In this document: in pieces, positions 27,582-36,935 of the stretch
Numbering within the stretch: the first letter of the stretch is position 1
Layout: each line of letters begins with the position of its first letter
Origin: an uncultured Candidatus Saccharibacteria bacterium
GTDB taxonomy: Bacteria > Patescibacteriota > Minisyncoccia > UBA6257 > 2-01-FULL-56-20
Direction: 5' to 3'
DNA: 64,000 nt
Assembly: GCA_964505005.1 (NCBI GenBank)
Contig: CAZDFQ010000001.1
Location: 50,458-114,457 of the forward strand
Program-made: the position numbers and the translations under genes
Notes under the pieces: generated by a model
What the model saw: the letters and a program-made list of their open reading frames with translations, nothing else
Database searches by the model: none
Told to the model about the DNA's origin: nothing

Positions 27582-27680
27582 TTGTCCGCCCTGAAGGATT
27601 CGAACCTTCGACCATCTCCTTTCCGCCAAAGGCGGATCAGCCTCTGGCTGAAAAAGGGAGCTGCTCTCTAAAATAAATGA
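27582..27680 (-). pseudogene. tRNA-Lys 3' fragment (from D-stem 3' side to acceptor end) carrying a ~32-nt GC double-hairpin insertion at anticodon-loop position ~37/38
   Basis: AGAGCAGCTCCCTTTTT[CAGCCAGAGGCTGATCCGCCTTTGGCGG]AAAGGAGATGGTCGAAGGTTCGAATCCTTCAGGGCGGACA; identical to the intact tRNA-Lys outside the insert; 5' half replaced by AT-rich sequence. Confidence 0.55.
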
Positions 27681-27685
27681 CTTTT

Positions 27686-27762
27686 GTCCGCCCTGAAGGA
27701 TTCGAACCTTCGACCATCTCCTTAAAAGGGAGCTGCTCTACCGGACTGAGCTAAGGGCGGAC
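27686..27762 (-). tRNA. tRNA-Lys (anticodon UUU)
   Basis: GTCCGCCCTTAGCTCAGTCCGGTAGAGCAGCTCCCTTTTAAGGAGATGGTCGAAGGTTCGAATCCTTCAGGGCGGACA; cloverleaf by eye, loop CTTTTAA; flanks extend the acceptor helix (AAATGACTTTT/AAAAGTCATTT). Confidence 0.8.
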
Positions 27763-27767
27763 AAAAG

Positions 27768-28013
27768 TCATTTTAAGTTTAAATTATCAAGTAATTTTCT
27801 GCCTATGCCCGACTTAAGAATTCTTTCACGCCTTTTTGCTTCTGTAATGTTCGTATACTCCTCTTGATATATAAGCCTAAACGGCCCGTTTCTTTTAGTA
27901 AATTGGTTAGTCCCCCAATTATGCTCTTTTAACCTTTCTTCGGGCTTCAATTTTGTACTGCAAATATACCTCTTTCCGTTTCTTAAACTTTTTAAAACAT
28001 AAACGTAAAACAT
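27768..28013 (-). CDS. small GIY-YIG nuclease domain protein (UPF0213/YhbQ-like), paralog
   Basis: MFYVYVLKSLRNGKRYICSTKLKPEERLKEHN...; ATG sits inside the degenerate T-loop of an upstream tRNA-like fragment (GGGTCGAAT ATG). Confidence 0.6.
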   Translation of the reverse strand: MFYVYVLKSLRNGKRYICSTKLKPEERLKEHNWGTNQFTKRNGPFRLIYQEEYTNITEAKRRERILKSGIGRKLLDNLNLK

Positions 28014-28205
28014 ATTCGACCCTCTCCTTTCCGCCGAAGGCGGATCAGCCTCTGGCTGAAAAAGGCAGTTACTCTACCAGTTGAGCTACGGGGGATATTT
28101 ACTATCGACGAGCGCCCTGGTCCGCTAAAACTTGTTTTGCAAAGGGAGCTGCTGCTCTGCCTCCGCCAACCGGCGGATGAGCTACGGGGGGTTGTCTGCA
28201 ATCAA
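28013..28205 (-). pseudogene. two degenerate tRNA 5' fragments, each interrupted by the CCGCC..GGCGG hairpin element (one in anticodon loop, one in D-loop)
   Basis: CCCCCGTAGCTCAACTGGTAGAGTAACTGCCTTTTT[CAGCCAGAGGCTGATCCGCCTTCGGCGG]AAAGGAGAGGGTCGAAT and CCCCCGTAGCTCA[TCCGCCGGTTGGCGGA]GGCAGAGCAGCAGCTCCCTTTG. Confidence 0.4.
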
Positions 28206-28256
28206 CAAACTGCCGAACTTATGAACCGACAAACTATCAAGCTGCTAAACCTAAAC

Positions 28257-28847
28257 TTACAACCCCAGCTCTTCGTGGATGTCCTGCATTGCTTTCAGCG
28301 CAATCTCGGCCAATTCTGCCACAGAAATTCCTAAAAGTGAAGGGGTTAAATTGATTAATTCCCGGTTCACATTCCTCGCAAAGGCCTTTTCTTTCATTCG
28401 GTTCAAAATATTTTCCGGCTGCAAATCAGCCAATTTTTTCGACGGCAGAACCAGAGCCGCGGCCACAATCAAACCGGTGATTTCTTCGGTGCTATAAAGC
28501 GCTTTTTCGAGTAAGGTTTCCGGTTCCAAGCCGTGCAAATGATTATGAACCTTGACGGCTCTGACCACTTCTGCCGGAAATCCTTCTTTCGCCAAAATTT
28601 CCGCGGCAACCAGAGAATGTTTCTCCGGCTCTTTTTGAGTCATTTCCCAGTCCAAATCGTGCAAAAGGCCGGCCAGACCCCACCAATCCTCATCCTTGGC
28701 AAATCCCAACCGGCGGGCTAACGCCCTCATCAAGGCCTCGACCGCCAGACAATGTTTGATGAGATTTCCGTTTCTGATGTATCCGCGTAAAACCGCTAAA
28801 GCTTTTTCTCGAGAAAAAGAATTTTCCGTTGCCGGTTCGGTCCCCAT
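28257..28847 (-). CDS. HD-domain phosphohydrolase
   Basis: 196 aa; HCLAVEALMRALARRLG...GLLHDLDWE HD motif. Confidence 0.7.
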   Translation of the reverse strand: MGTEPATENSFSREKALAVLRGYIRNGNLIKHCLAVEALMRALARRLGFAKDEDWWGLAGLLHDLDWEMTQKEPEKHSLVAAEILAKEGFPAEVVRAVKVHNHLHGLEPETLLEKALYSTEEITGLIVAAALVLPSKKLADLQPENILNRMKEKAFARNVNRELINLTPSLLGISVAELAEIALKAMQDIHEELGL

Positions 28848-28883
28848 TTAATCTAATAATTTTAATTTAAATTTACAAAATTA

Positions 28884-28980
28884 CTATCACTATATCACAA
28901 TTGTGATATAGTGATAGCATCTGATTCTGATTCGGTTTGATGATTACTATATTTATATCACAATTGTGATATAAATATAG
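28884..28980. promoter_or_regulatory. two copies of a ~34-bp perfect palindrome (core TATATCACAATTGTGATATA) upstream of the HD gene and downstream of dnaJ
   Basis: CTATCACTATATCACAATTGTGATATAGTGATAG (28884-28917) and CTATATTTATATCACAATTGTGATATAAATATAG (28947-28980); family recurs at ~39099, ~57451, ~62789. Confidence 0.45.
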
Positions 28981-29044
28981 TTCGAGTTTGTTCTCTTTCT
29001 TCAACTTTACTAATTCTTCAATCTTACCAGATTAGATAGAGGAG

Positions 29045-30169
29045 TTATTCTGATTCTTCTTGAAGGTCTTCCAAAATTTTTTTGGCTTTAGGGCTCAATT
29101 TTTTCGGCGCTTTAATGATAAAACTCACCAGCAAATCTCCTCGGCCAAAACTGCCGAAGTGCGGCATTCCTTCGCCGGGAATCCGCAAATTGTCTTTGAG
29201 ATTGAAATGCGCTGGAATCTCCACCTGAAGTTTGCCGCCGCTGATAGTCGGGATTTCAATTTTTTTCCCAAGCAATAAATCAAGAATCTTGAGTTCCTTT
29301 TTGATAATCAAGTCATCGGCTCGGCGCTCAAACAACGGATGCGGTTTGATTTTTATCCGCACATACAAATCGCCGGTCGGCGTACCTAATTCCCCGGCTT
29401 CGCCGGCTGACTTAATTTTTATGAATTGCTCGTCCTGGACCCCGGGCAGAATTTTTAATTCCAGCGTCCGTTCGCCGCTTAGCCGACCGCTGCCCCGGCA
29501 GGTCTCGCAGATTCTATTCGGAATCCGGCCGGAGCCGCGGCAACGGCCGCAGGTTTTTATTTGAGAAAAGCTGCCGAAAAATGTCTGGCGCTTTTCGCGG
29601 ATTTCGCCCTGGCCATTGCAGGCATCGCAGGTTTTTGAGCCAGCTGAGACATCACCGCCCTGGCCTTGGCAAACATTGCAGGAAACAAAGGTTTTTATTT
29701 TGAGCTGTTTGATGGCCCCGCGAAACGCTTCTTCCAAAGTTATCTCCTGGACAACTTCAATGTCCGAGCCCCGCTGATAAGTGCGCCGTCTGGGTTTGGC
29801 GCCAATGCCTTCAAAAAAGCTCTCCAGAATTTCGTTGACATCGCCGAAATCGTAAAAAGAGAATTCCTGGCCGCCAAAGCCCGGTCCTCCTCCGCCAGCT
29901 GGCGGATGAAAACCGCTGAAATCCCAGCCAGCCGGCCCGCCCTGGGCCGAGAATCCGCCGAAGGGCTCGGCCGTACCGTAAGTATCGTAAAAACTCTTTT
30001 TCTTTTTATCAGAAAGAATCTGGTAGGCCTCGTTGATTTCCTTGAACTTCTTTTCATCGCCGCCGGCTTTGTCCGGATGATATTTGTGAGCCAGCCGGCG
30101 GTAGGCCTTTTTGATTTCTTCTTCAGAGGCGTTGCGCGCAACGCCCAAAATTTTGTAGTAATCTTTCAT
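29045..30169 (-). CDS. dnaJ: molecular chaperone DnaJ
   Basis: 374 aa; J-domain YKILGV...HPD, G/F region, four CxxCxGxG repeats. Confidence 0.9.
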   Translation of the reverse strand: MKDYYKILGVARNASEEEIKKAYRRLAHKYHPDKAGGDEKKFKEINEAYQILSDKKKKSFYDTYGTAEPFGGFSAQGGPAGWDFSGFHPPAGGGGPGFGGQEFSFYDFGDVNEILESFFEGIGAKPRRRTYQRGSDIEVVQEITLEEAFRGAIKQLKIKTFVSCNVCQGQGGDVSAGSKTCDACNGQGEIREKRQTFFGSFSQIKTCGRCRGSGRIPNRICETCRGSGRLSGERTLELKILPGVQDEQFIKIKSAGEAGELGTPTGDLYVRIKIKPHPLFERRADDLIIKKELKILDLLLGKKIEIPTISGGKLQVEIPAHFNLKDNLRIPGEGMPHFGSFGRGDLLVSFIIKAPKKLSPKAKKILEDLQEESE

Positions 30170-30248
30170 TTCGAATTATATATTATAATAGATGACAACT
30201 ATTATATCAAGCAATAATTATTTCGTAAATATGAAATAAAATAATTCT

Positions 30249-31382
30249 ATGCGACTCATTACAGATAAAACAGCAAAATTGCTCTATGTTTCTCCGGCGC
30301 AGGATTCCGACATTTTTTGGGCAACGAAATTCGAGGCGCCGGATCCGTTTATTTTCGTGGAATATCGAGGGAAAAAATACATTATCGTCAACAGCCTGGA
30401 ATATGGAAGAGCCAAAAAAGAAGCCGAAGTTGATGAAGTGCTACTCGACAGCGATGTCTGGAAAAATAACAGAACCAGAACGATTTCCAGGGTCATCGCC
30501 GAATTTCTGAAGGGGCTCGGCAGTCGGACAATAGAAATTCCGGAAAATTTTCCGGCTGTCTTGTATCAAAAATTAAAAAACAAAAAATTCCGTTTCCGCT
30601 TTAAGGAGCCGCCGTTCTTCCCCAAGCGACTGATTAAAACAAAAGAGGAAATTGAAGATATAAAATTGGCGCAAAAAGCGCTGGAAAAGGCGTTTAAAGC
30701 GGTCAAGAAGGTTTTAGCGGCTGCCAAAATAAAAAACAGCAAAGTCCGGCGGAGCGGAAAAATAATTACTTCAGAATTCTTGAAAGACGTTTTCGAATCT
30801 GAATTGAACCGCTGGGGCTACGTTTCGAGCGGGACAATTTTCGCTTCCGGCGAACAGGCAGTTGACCCGCACCACGAGGGTTCGGGGCCGCTCATTCCGA
30901 ACACTTTAATTGTCTGCGATATGTTTGCGAGAACCAAAAAAGGACATCACTGGTCAGATATGACGCGGATGCTGGTCAAGGGCAAAGCCACAGCGGAAAT
31001 GAAAAAAATGTTCAGAGCCGTGCGATTGGCACAGAAGCAAGCCGAAGAAATGGTCAAACCAGGAGTTGACGGCTATGACATTCATCAACGGGCGGTAAAA
31101 ACTTTTGAAAAACTCGGCTGGAAAACCGGGAAAATCAACGGCGGATTGCAGGGATTTATCCACGGCACCGGTCACGGCATTGGTTTGGATATTCACGAAC
31201 TGCCGCGCCTCGGCCTCGTCAAAAACCAAATTCTTCGAGCCGGTAATGTCATCACCATCGAACCGGGTTTGTACTATCCCGGCCTTGGCGGCTGCCGCCT
31301 CGAGGACACCGTGGTCGTCAAAGAAAAGGGCTTTGAAAATCTGGCGAAAAATGTGAGTAAAGAGCTTATCGAAATCCCGTAA
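30249..31382 (+). CDS. M24 family Xaa-Pro aminopeptidase / creatinase-like peptidase
   Basis: 377 aa; HGTGHGIGLDIHE and ...GNVITIEPGLY pita-bread fold motifs. Confidence 0.75.
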   Translation: MRLITDKTAKLLYVSPAQDSDIFWATKFEAPDPFIFVEYRGKKYIIVNSLEYGRAKKEAEVDEVLLDSDVWKNNRTRTISRVIAEFLKGLGSRTIEIPENFPAVLYQKLKNKKFRFRFKEPPFFPKRLIKTKEEIEDIKLAQKALEKAFKAVKKVLAAAKIKNSKVRRSGKIITSEFLKDVFESELNRWGYVSSGTIFASGEQAVDPHHEGSGPLIPNTLIVCDMFARTKKGHHWSDMTRMLVKGKATAEMKKMFRAVRLAQKQAEEMVKPGVDGYDIHQRAVKTFEKLGWKTGKINGGLQGFIHGTGHGIGLDIHELPRLGLVKNQILRAGNVITIEPGLYYPGLGGCRLEDTVVVKEKGFENLAKNVSKELIEIP

Positions 31383-31390
31383 TAGTAACT

Positions 31391-31487
31391 CACATAATCC
31401 GAATGAATCCGAATAACATCCGAATGCCCCGAATAAATAAGTGGTATTCGTGTTATTCGGATGAATTCGGGTATTCGGATTATGCGG
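31391..31487. repeat. ~100-bp family-2 hairpin repeat (ATTCGGAT units), inverted partner of 36799..36896 (~93% identity as reverse complement)
   Basis: cacataatccgaatgaatccgaataacatccgaatgccccgaataaataagtggtattcgtgttattcggatgaattcgggtattcggattatgcgg. Confidence 0.65.
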
Positions 31488-31519
31488 CAACAAAGCCGGA
31501 GGCGCGCTATTCGTATGCC

Positions 31520-32629
31520 TCACGAAAACTCGATTGTCTCGCGCATCACTGATTCCCCGCGGACATAAATGATGTCAAGGCCAAGGAACAATTCATAGAT
31601 AACAAAAGCCAAGAAAATAATTAACCACCAGAAAACGGTTCCAATACTTCTGACGAGCAGAAACATTAAGGCCGCCCAAGCGAACAAAAACCAGCTGCCG
31701 AATTCCAGCCGCCAGTTTTCAAAAGTTTTCGTCAAAAAATTATAGATAACATCAACAACCGGCTCTTTGCCGGATAAATTCATTCCCAGATATTTGTTTA
31801 TTGCTGTCATAATCTGGCTGGCGGTCTGTTCAGTCACTTGTTTCTTGACCGCCGGAGGCACGACTTTCCAAGAATTGTCTTTAGAAAGCTGATATTCGGC
31901 TGAGCTTGTCGTGAAATCTTTCAAGTTGGAATGAAGATTTAATTCTGGATAAAAACTTTCGATGCTCATAATGCTCCAGCCGGCTGCTGATTCGAACCAG
32001 GCCTTGGAGATTAAAGCGCCTCCGCCTTCCCATTGCGGCAGATAAAAAAGAACAAAAAGAAGCGACAGGGCCGTGACCGTTCTTTTGGCCAGCGGCGTCG
32101 TGCTCCTGAAAAATCGGAGTTTAACAGAATTCAGTAATTCTGTGCGGCTCAAAACCTCGCCGAAACCGATAATAAAAAAGACGACGAGGCCGGTAGCCAC
32201 CAAAAAGCTGAGCGATTCCCGGTAAAAAAAGAAAAGCAGGGCGATAACTTCAAAAATCAAAATCAGAAATCGCCTTTTTAAACTCTGAATCAAAAGAACT
32301 CCTAAGCAGGAAAATATAATTAGAAAGCCGGTGCTGACAAGTAAAGGAGAGATTATGCGGCTGTCAACAAAAAATTTAAAAGAATAGCCAGCGGCCAAGG
32401 CCGAAACAACGGTTAAAACATCCAGTCCGAGCAGCCAGTAAAATCCTTTGGGCTTGGGTGTTTTTTCTACAATAACTTGCTTGAGGAGATTAACTTCTCC
32501 AGGGTCAGGATATCTCCAGCGCGGCCCCCTTAGTCGGTCTTCATTTAGATTCGTCTTCTTGTTCGGGTTCTGATTTTCCAGCATCGCCTTGATTATAGCA
32601 TCCGAATAGCGCGCTACGAAAGCGCCCAT
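31520..32629 (-). CDS. hypothetical polytopic membrane protein
   Basis: 369 aa, multiple TM segments, no motif recognised. Confidence 0.4.
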   Translation of the reverse strand: MGAFVARYSDAIIKAMLENQNPNKKTNLNEDRLRGPRWRYPDPGEVNLLKQVIVEKTPKPKGFYWLLGLDVLTVVSALAAGYSFKFFVDSRIISPLLVSTGFLIIFSCLGVLLIQSLKRRFLILIFEVIALLFFFYRESLSFLVATGLVVFFIIGFGEVLSRTELLNSVKLRFFRSTTPLAKRTVTALSLLFVLFYLPQWEGGGALISKAWFESAAGWSIMSIESFYPELNLHSNLKDFTTSSAEYQLSKDNSWKVVPPAVKKQVTEQTASQIMTAINKYLGMNLSGKEPVVDVIYNFLTKTFENWRLEFGSWFLFAWAALMFLLVRSIGTVFWWLIIFLAFVIYELFLGLDIIYVRGESVMRETIEFS

Positions 32630-32690
32630 CCGAATGAATAAGCATCATTCACTTAATCTTGCGCAACAGCCAAAATCTAAAATTCAATGT

Positions 32691-34583
32691 TTAGGTCGGA
32701 TTATCAGTCCCTTTATCGTTTCCCTCTTGATTAGGTGAGGGGTACATTATCTGCCCGATTTTTTGAAGTTCAGCCGAGAGTTCGGCAACGGCTGACTTCA
32801 GGGCGTCGCTGTCGCGGTTTTCCTGCCCGCTTCGACTCGCGTCAAGCGAGGCGAGAAGGCCTTTTTTGAGGGCATCGATTTTTTCATTGACGGAATTTTT
32901 AAGTTCAGCCGGAATTTTGTCGCCGGCGTCTTTAAGGGCTTTTTCAGCCGTATAAATCAAGGTCTCGGCCTGATTGCGGGTCTCGGCCAGCTCGCGCTTT
33001 TTCTGGTCTTCAGCAGCGAATTTGGCCGCCTCGTTTTTCAGGCGCCCTACCTCTTCTTTGGACAAACTGGTGGAGGCCTCGATGCGGACGGACTGGGATT
33101 TATTGGTGGCTTTATCCTTGGCGGAAACGTTCAAAATGCCGTTAGCGTCAATGTCAAAAGTAACCTCAATTTGCGGCAGGCCGCGGGCTGCTGGCGGAAT
33201 GCCGTCCAAAATGAAGCGGGCCAGGGTTTTATTGTCAGCGGCCATCGGCCGTTCGCCCTGCAGCACATGGATTTCTACCGAGGTCTGGCTATCCGCGGCG
33301 GTGGAAAAAATCTGGGTTTTGGAAGTTGGAACGGTCGTGTTCTTAGGAATCATCGGCGTGGCCACCGCGCCCAAAGTTTCGATACTCAAAGTCAGTGGCG
33401 TCACATCCAAAAGAAGAATGTCTTTAACATCGCCCTGCAAAATGCCGGCCTGGACCGCGGCGCCCACGGCCACCACCTCGTCGGGATTTATGCCTTTGTG
33501 CGGCTCTTTGCCAAAAAGGTTTTTAACCGCCTCCTGCATGGCCGGCATCCGGGTCTGGCCGCCGACCAGAATGACCTCGTTGATTTCCGAAAGTTTGAAA
33601 CCAGCGCCTTGGGGCGGTGCCGAAGTAACGGTTTCTTTGACGAGCTCAATGGAGCGGTCAATGTAATCCCGCACCAAATCTTCGAGCTTGGCCCGCGAGA
33701 GTTTCAGTAAAAAATGTTTTGGCCCGGCAGCGTCGGAGGTGATGTAAGGCAGATTTATTTCGGTTTCCGTAACCGTTGACAATTCATGTTTGGCTCTTTC
33801 CACTCCCTCTTTGAGTCGCTGAAGCGCCAGCGGGTCTTTGGAAATATCAATGCCTTCCTGTTTTTTGTATTCAGCCACCAGATATTCGTTGAGGCGCTTG
33901 TCAAAATCGTCACCGCCGAGATGGGTGTCGCCGCCAGTGGCTTTCACTTCGACCGTGTCGTCGCCGACTTCTAGAACCGAAACATCGAAAGTGCCGCCGC
34001 CGAAATCGTAAACCACGATTTTTTCATTTTTTTGTTTGTTGAGACCATAAGCCAGAGCCGCGGCTGTCGGCTCGTTGATGATGCGGCGGACTTTGAGACC
34101 GGCGATTTCGCCGGCATTCTTGGTGGCCTGGCGCTGGGAGTCGTCGAAATAAGCCGGCACGGTAATCACCGCTTCTTCGATTTTTTCGCCGAGCTTGGCT
34201 TCGGCGTCGGCTTTGAGCTTGGCCAGAATAAAAGATGAAATTTCTTCAGGCGAATACCATTTATCGCCCATCTTTATTTCCACGCCAGCCGAAGCGCTTT
34301 GCTGAATGTCATAAGGCAGCCAGGCCTTGTCGTGTTGGATTTCCTCGCTGATGAATTTCCGGCCGATGAGTCGCTTGACGGAGAAAATCGTGTTCTTGGG
34401 ATTGGTGATGGCCTGACGTTTGGCCAAAAGACCGACCAACCGCTCATTGGTTTTGCTGACGGCCACGACTGACGGCGTGGTTCGGCTGCCTTCGCTGTTT
34501 TCCAGAATTTTCGGTTCGCCGCCTTCGACAATCGCCATTGCCGAATTAGTGGTACCAAGGTCAATACCTAAAATCTTTGGCAT
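32691..34583 (-). CDS. dnaK: molecular chaperone DnaK (Hsp70)
   Basis: 630 aa; [29 protein letters not shown] Hsp70 signatures. Confidence 0.95.
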   Translation of the reverse strand: MPKILGIDLGTTNSAMAIVEGGEPKILENSEGSRTTPSVVAVSKTNERLVGLLAKRQAITNPKNTIFSVKRLIGRKFISEEIQHDKAWLPYDIQQSASAGVEIKMGDKWYSPEEISSFILAKLKADAEAKLGEKIEEAVITVPAYFDDSQRQATKNAGEIAGLKVRRIINEPTAAALAYGLNKQKNEKIVVYDFGGGTFDVSVLEVGDDTVEVKATGGDTHLGGDDFDKRLNEYLVAEYKKQEGIDISKDPLALQRLKEGVERAKHELSTVTETEINLPYITSDAAGPKHFLLKLSRAKLEDLVRDYIDRSIELVKETVTSAPPQGAGFKLSEINEVILVGGQTRMPAMQEAVKNLFGKEPHKGINPDEVVAVGAAVQAGILQGDVKDILLLDVTPLTLSIETLGAVATPMIPKNTTVPTSKTQIFSTAADSQTSVEIHVLQGERPMAADNKTLARFILDGIPPAARGLPQIEVTFDIDANGILNVSAKDKATNKSQSVRIEASTSLSKEEVGRLKNEAAKFAAEDQKKRELAETRNQAETLIYTAEKALKDAGDKIPAELKNSVNEKIDALKKGLLASLDASRSGQENRDSDALKSAVAELSAELQKIGQIMYPSPNQEGNDKGTDNPT

Positions 34584-34679
34584 AATTTTAAAAAGTTAAA
34601 TGTTTAATGGGACATGCGACATGGAATAAAATTATACTTGTGATTCTCGTAATTTGTCCATAGTTTCTCTGCCCTTGTT

Positions 34680-35207
34680 TCATTTCGCTTGTCGCTGTTT
34701 GGACACTTTTACTCTTGCCGGCCTCAAAAGCTTGCCGTTAAGCCGGTAGCCGACTTCGATAATCTCAATAACTTCTCCGGCCGGTTTGTCTGATTCGGAT
34801 TCGGCAATGGTTTCGCTCGTTGCTGGATCGAATTTATCGCCAACCTTCAACTGGATCCTCTCCAGCCCATGCTGTTTCAATATATCTTCCAGCTGGGAAC
34901 GAATCATATAAATCCCTTTTTCGGCCTTGCCCTCTTTTTCGAGCGCGGCCAGGCCCAAATCAAAGCTGTCCAGCACGCCGATTAATTCTTTCAGCAATTC
35001 CTCGTTGGAAAAACGGACGATTTCCTCAAAACGTTTGACTTCGTCTTTTTTGTAATTTAAAAAATCAGCCCGGGCTCGCTGCCAGCCGGCCAGATACTCG
35101 TCACGCTCTTTTTGACACCTCGCAAGTTCGGCCGTTTCTTTCGCTTCTTTTACCTCTTCTTTTTTTTCTGCCTCTGTGGAATTATCTTTCTGAATTTCTC
35201 CAGCCAT
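34680..35207 (-). CDS. grpE: nucleotide exchange factor GrpE
   Basis: 175 aa; ...RARADFLNYKKD... GrpE motif; directly downstream of dnaK on the same strand. Confidence 0.85.
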   Translation of the reverse strand: MAGEIQKDNSTEAEKKEEVKEAKETAELARCQKERDEYLAGWQRARADFLNYKKDEVKRFEEIVRFSNEELLKELIGVLDSFDLGLAALEKEGKAEKGIYMIRSQLEDILKQHGLERIQLKVGDKFDPATSETIAESESDKPAGEVIEIIEVGYRLNGKLLRPARVKVSKQRQAK

Positions 35208-35307
35208 AATTAATACTTAAATTATATAAATAAAATATTCTATGTCAATATATATAAACATAATATAACGTTTTCTCGACGATCGTCAATTATTTGTTAC
35301 AAAAAAT

Positions 35308-35913
35308 TTATAAAAATTCATCATCGTCTATCTCACTTACCGTCATTAAATGCAGATACTGATCTAACTTCCGTATCAAAATCTCCTCATAGAAATCTTT
35401 CGCCACTGGTTGCTTGCCAATAAAAACGCTTTTTTGAAGAGGCTTATAATCCAAACTAACAAGTTGCCAGCGCAACCAATTACGGCTTTCTCTCTTTCTC
35501 TCTGGTATATCAAACATTATTATCCGCCATTTACCATCCCAAAATTCTTTTCTCTGTTTTTCTTTATGAAAAACTTTAACAATATTTAATCCCTGCGAAG
35601 TTAATCGGTAGCGACCTTCTTCTCTTTTTACTAATCCTTTTTTCTGGAGCCGCCAAAGAATTGTCCGAGCGCTATTTTGTTTTATATTTTTCAATTCATC
35701 ATAATAATCCCAAAAATCTTTCGTTTCTTCAATCCTTTTTAAACTCCGCCTCATTCCTCTTTTGGGTCCTTCAAGTATTTCAGAAACCGCTACTGCCCCT
35801 CTTCCAGCTAAACTGAAAATCAAGGCCAAACCACCGATGCCCAAATTAATTGGCAGTTCTTTTATTCTATTTTTTAATTCCCTTTTATTCATATTTCTCA
35901 TATTGTCTAGCAT
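35308..35913 (-). CDS. PaaX-like transcriptional regulator (wHTH plus PaaX C-terminal-like domain)
   Basis: 201 aa; ...WDGKWRIIMFDIPERKRESRNWLRWQL...GY..LQKSVF resembles PaaX_C; flanked on both sides by direct repeats containing TTGACGATCGT(C/T)AA palindromes. Confidence 0.45.
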   Translation of the reverse strand: MLDNMRNMNKRELKNRIKELPINLGIGGLALIFSLAGRGAVAVSEILEGPKRGMRRSLKRIEETKDFWDYYDELKNIKQNSARTILWRLQKKGLVKREEGRYRLTSQGLNIVKVFHKEKQRKEFWDGKWRIIMFDIPERKRESRNWLRWQLVSLDYKPLQKSVFIGKQPVAKDFYEEILIRKLDQYLHLMTVSEIDDDEFL

Positions 35914-36145
35914 TGTTAGTATAACATTTAATTGACGATCGTTAATTAAATGTTACATCTTTCGGCAAGCGCTAAACAGAAAATAATGATGCCCGCACTT
36001 TGGATTCAGGCGGCGGGCCAGCTTGTTCAGCCGAGTTTCACGGCTGAATGGTTTATTTCTTGGTCTTGGGCGGGGCACCGTAGGGACTCCCTTGCCAGAG
36101 TCGCCAGGCCAGCCGCTGCCAGAAACTTTAGCTTACCCACATCCG

Positions 36146-36370
36146 TCACCCTCTCTCGTGTTCGTGTTCCACAAAGCGATTATAGGGAATACCCTGTTGG
36201 ATAAGGTAACCGGTTATTGCCTCATCCACTTCTCGCCACGGGACTTTCCTTTCCACCCCATGAAAGCAGTTGTCGCAGAGGAACCGCCGTCTATCTTTCG
36301 GAACCCGTACCTCGTCACCGCAGGAGGAACATACGATGGTGTGGAACTTAACTCTCGGAGACACTCCCAT
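36146..36370 (-). CDS. small zinc-ribbon protein (CSSCGDEV family), GC-rich islet
   Basis: 74 aa; ...IVCSSCGDEVRVPKDRRRFLCDNCFHG; shares C(S/R)(S/R)CGDEV with the ORF at 48599..48850. Confidence 0.4.
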   Translation of the reverse strand: MGVSPRVKFHTIVCSSCGDEVRVPKDRRRFLCDNCFHGVERKVPWREVDEAITGYLIQQGIPYNRFVEHEHERG

Positions 36371-36629
36371 GGCTGCTTCCTCCCCTGCTATCGCTTCCTG
36401 ACTTCCCCCGGCATTCGTCGCAGAGCGTCATTCTCACCTCCCACTCTCCTGCCCGGGCTTTGAGGCTCAGGATGTCGAGCGCCGTGAGCTCCTGCCATTC
36501 GTCATACTTATGGACGCGATGACAGGAACTACAAGTCATCACCTCCAGCATTCGCCTATCTCCGTTCATTATTCTTTTCACCTCCTCCATCTTATCCACC
36601 GGAGCCAGCGACATCGCTACCGCTGACAC
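36348..36629 (-). CDS. small zinc-ribbon protein, overlaps downstream paralog by 23 nt
   Basis: 93 aa; ...CSSCHRVHKYDEW...CDECRGK; ~58% GC islet 35950-36780. Confidence 0.35.
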   Translation of the reverse strand: MSAVAMSLAPVDKMEEVKRIMNGDRRMLEVMTCSSCHRVHKYDEWQELTALDILSLKARAGEWEVRMTLCDECRGKSGSDSRGGSSHGSVSES

Positions 36630-36798
36630 CAGCCGTTCAGTTTACCGTTCTGGACGAGAACACCATACTTCAAGCAATACGGTCTTCTTCGCATGCTCTC
36701 CCCTTTCTTTTCGCTTTCGTCCAACTCAAACTTCTAAGAATAATTTAGCCACCCTAAAGAAAAGGGTCAAATAAAAATTTCCACAGGCACCTTCGCCG

Positions 36799-36896
36799 CC
36801 ACATAATCCGGATACCCGAATTTATCCGAATGATACGAATACTGCTTATTTATTTGGGGCATTCGGATGTTATTCGGATTCATTCGGATTATGTGG
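36799..36896. repeat. ~100-bp family-2 hairpin repeat, inverted partner of 31391..31487
   Basis: ccacataatccggatacccgaatttatccgaatgatacgaatactgcttatttatttggggcattcggatgttattcggattcattcggattatgtgg. Confidence 0.65.
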
Positions 36897-36935
36897 TCTT
36901 CTCTATTTTGCGACATTTATGATAAAATGTATTGG

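Noticed and set aside
31391-36896. Calling the dnaK-grpE block a mobile element or prophage
   Set aside because: Content is core housekeeping (dnaK, grpE) with native GC. Only the flanking inverted repeats and the 35950-36780 GC islet are anomalous. Reported as a possible invertible or recombination-prone segment rather than a mobile element.
36867-36935. Track start codon for the recombinase at 36867
   Set aside because: The first 23 codons are encoded by the family-2 hairpin repeat. XerC/D-like homology begins at MTEIEKLLQNYLDYLEIERNRS, so the start was moved to 36936.
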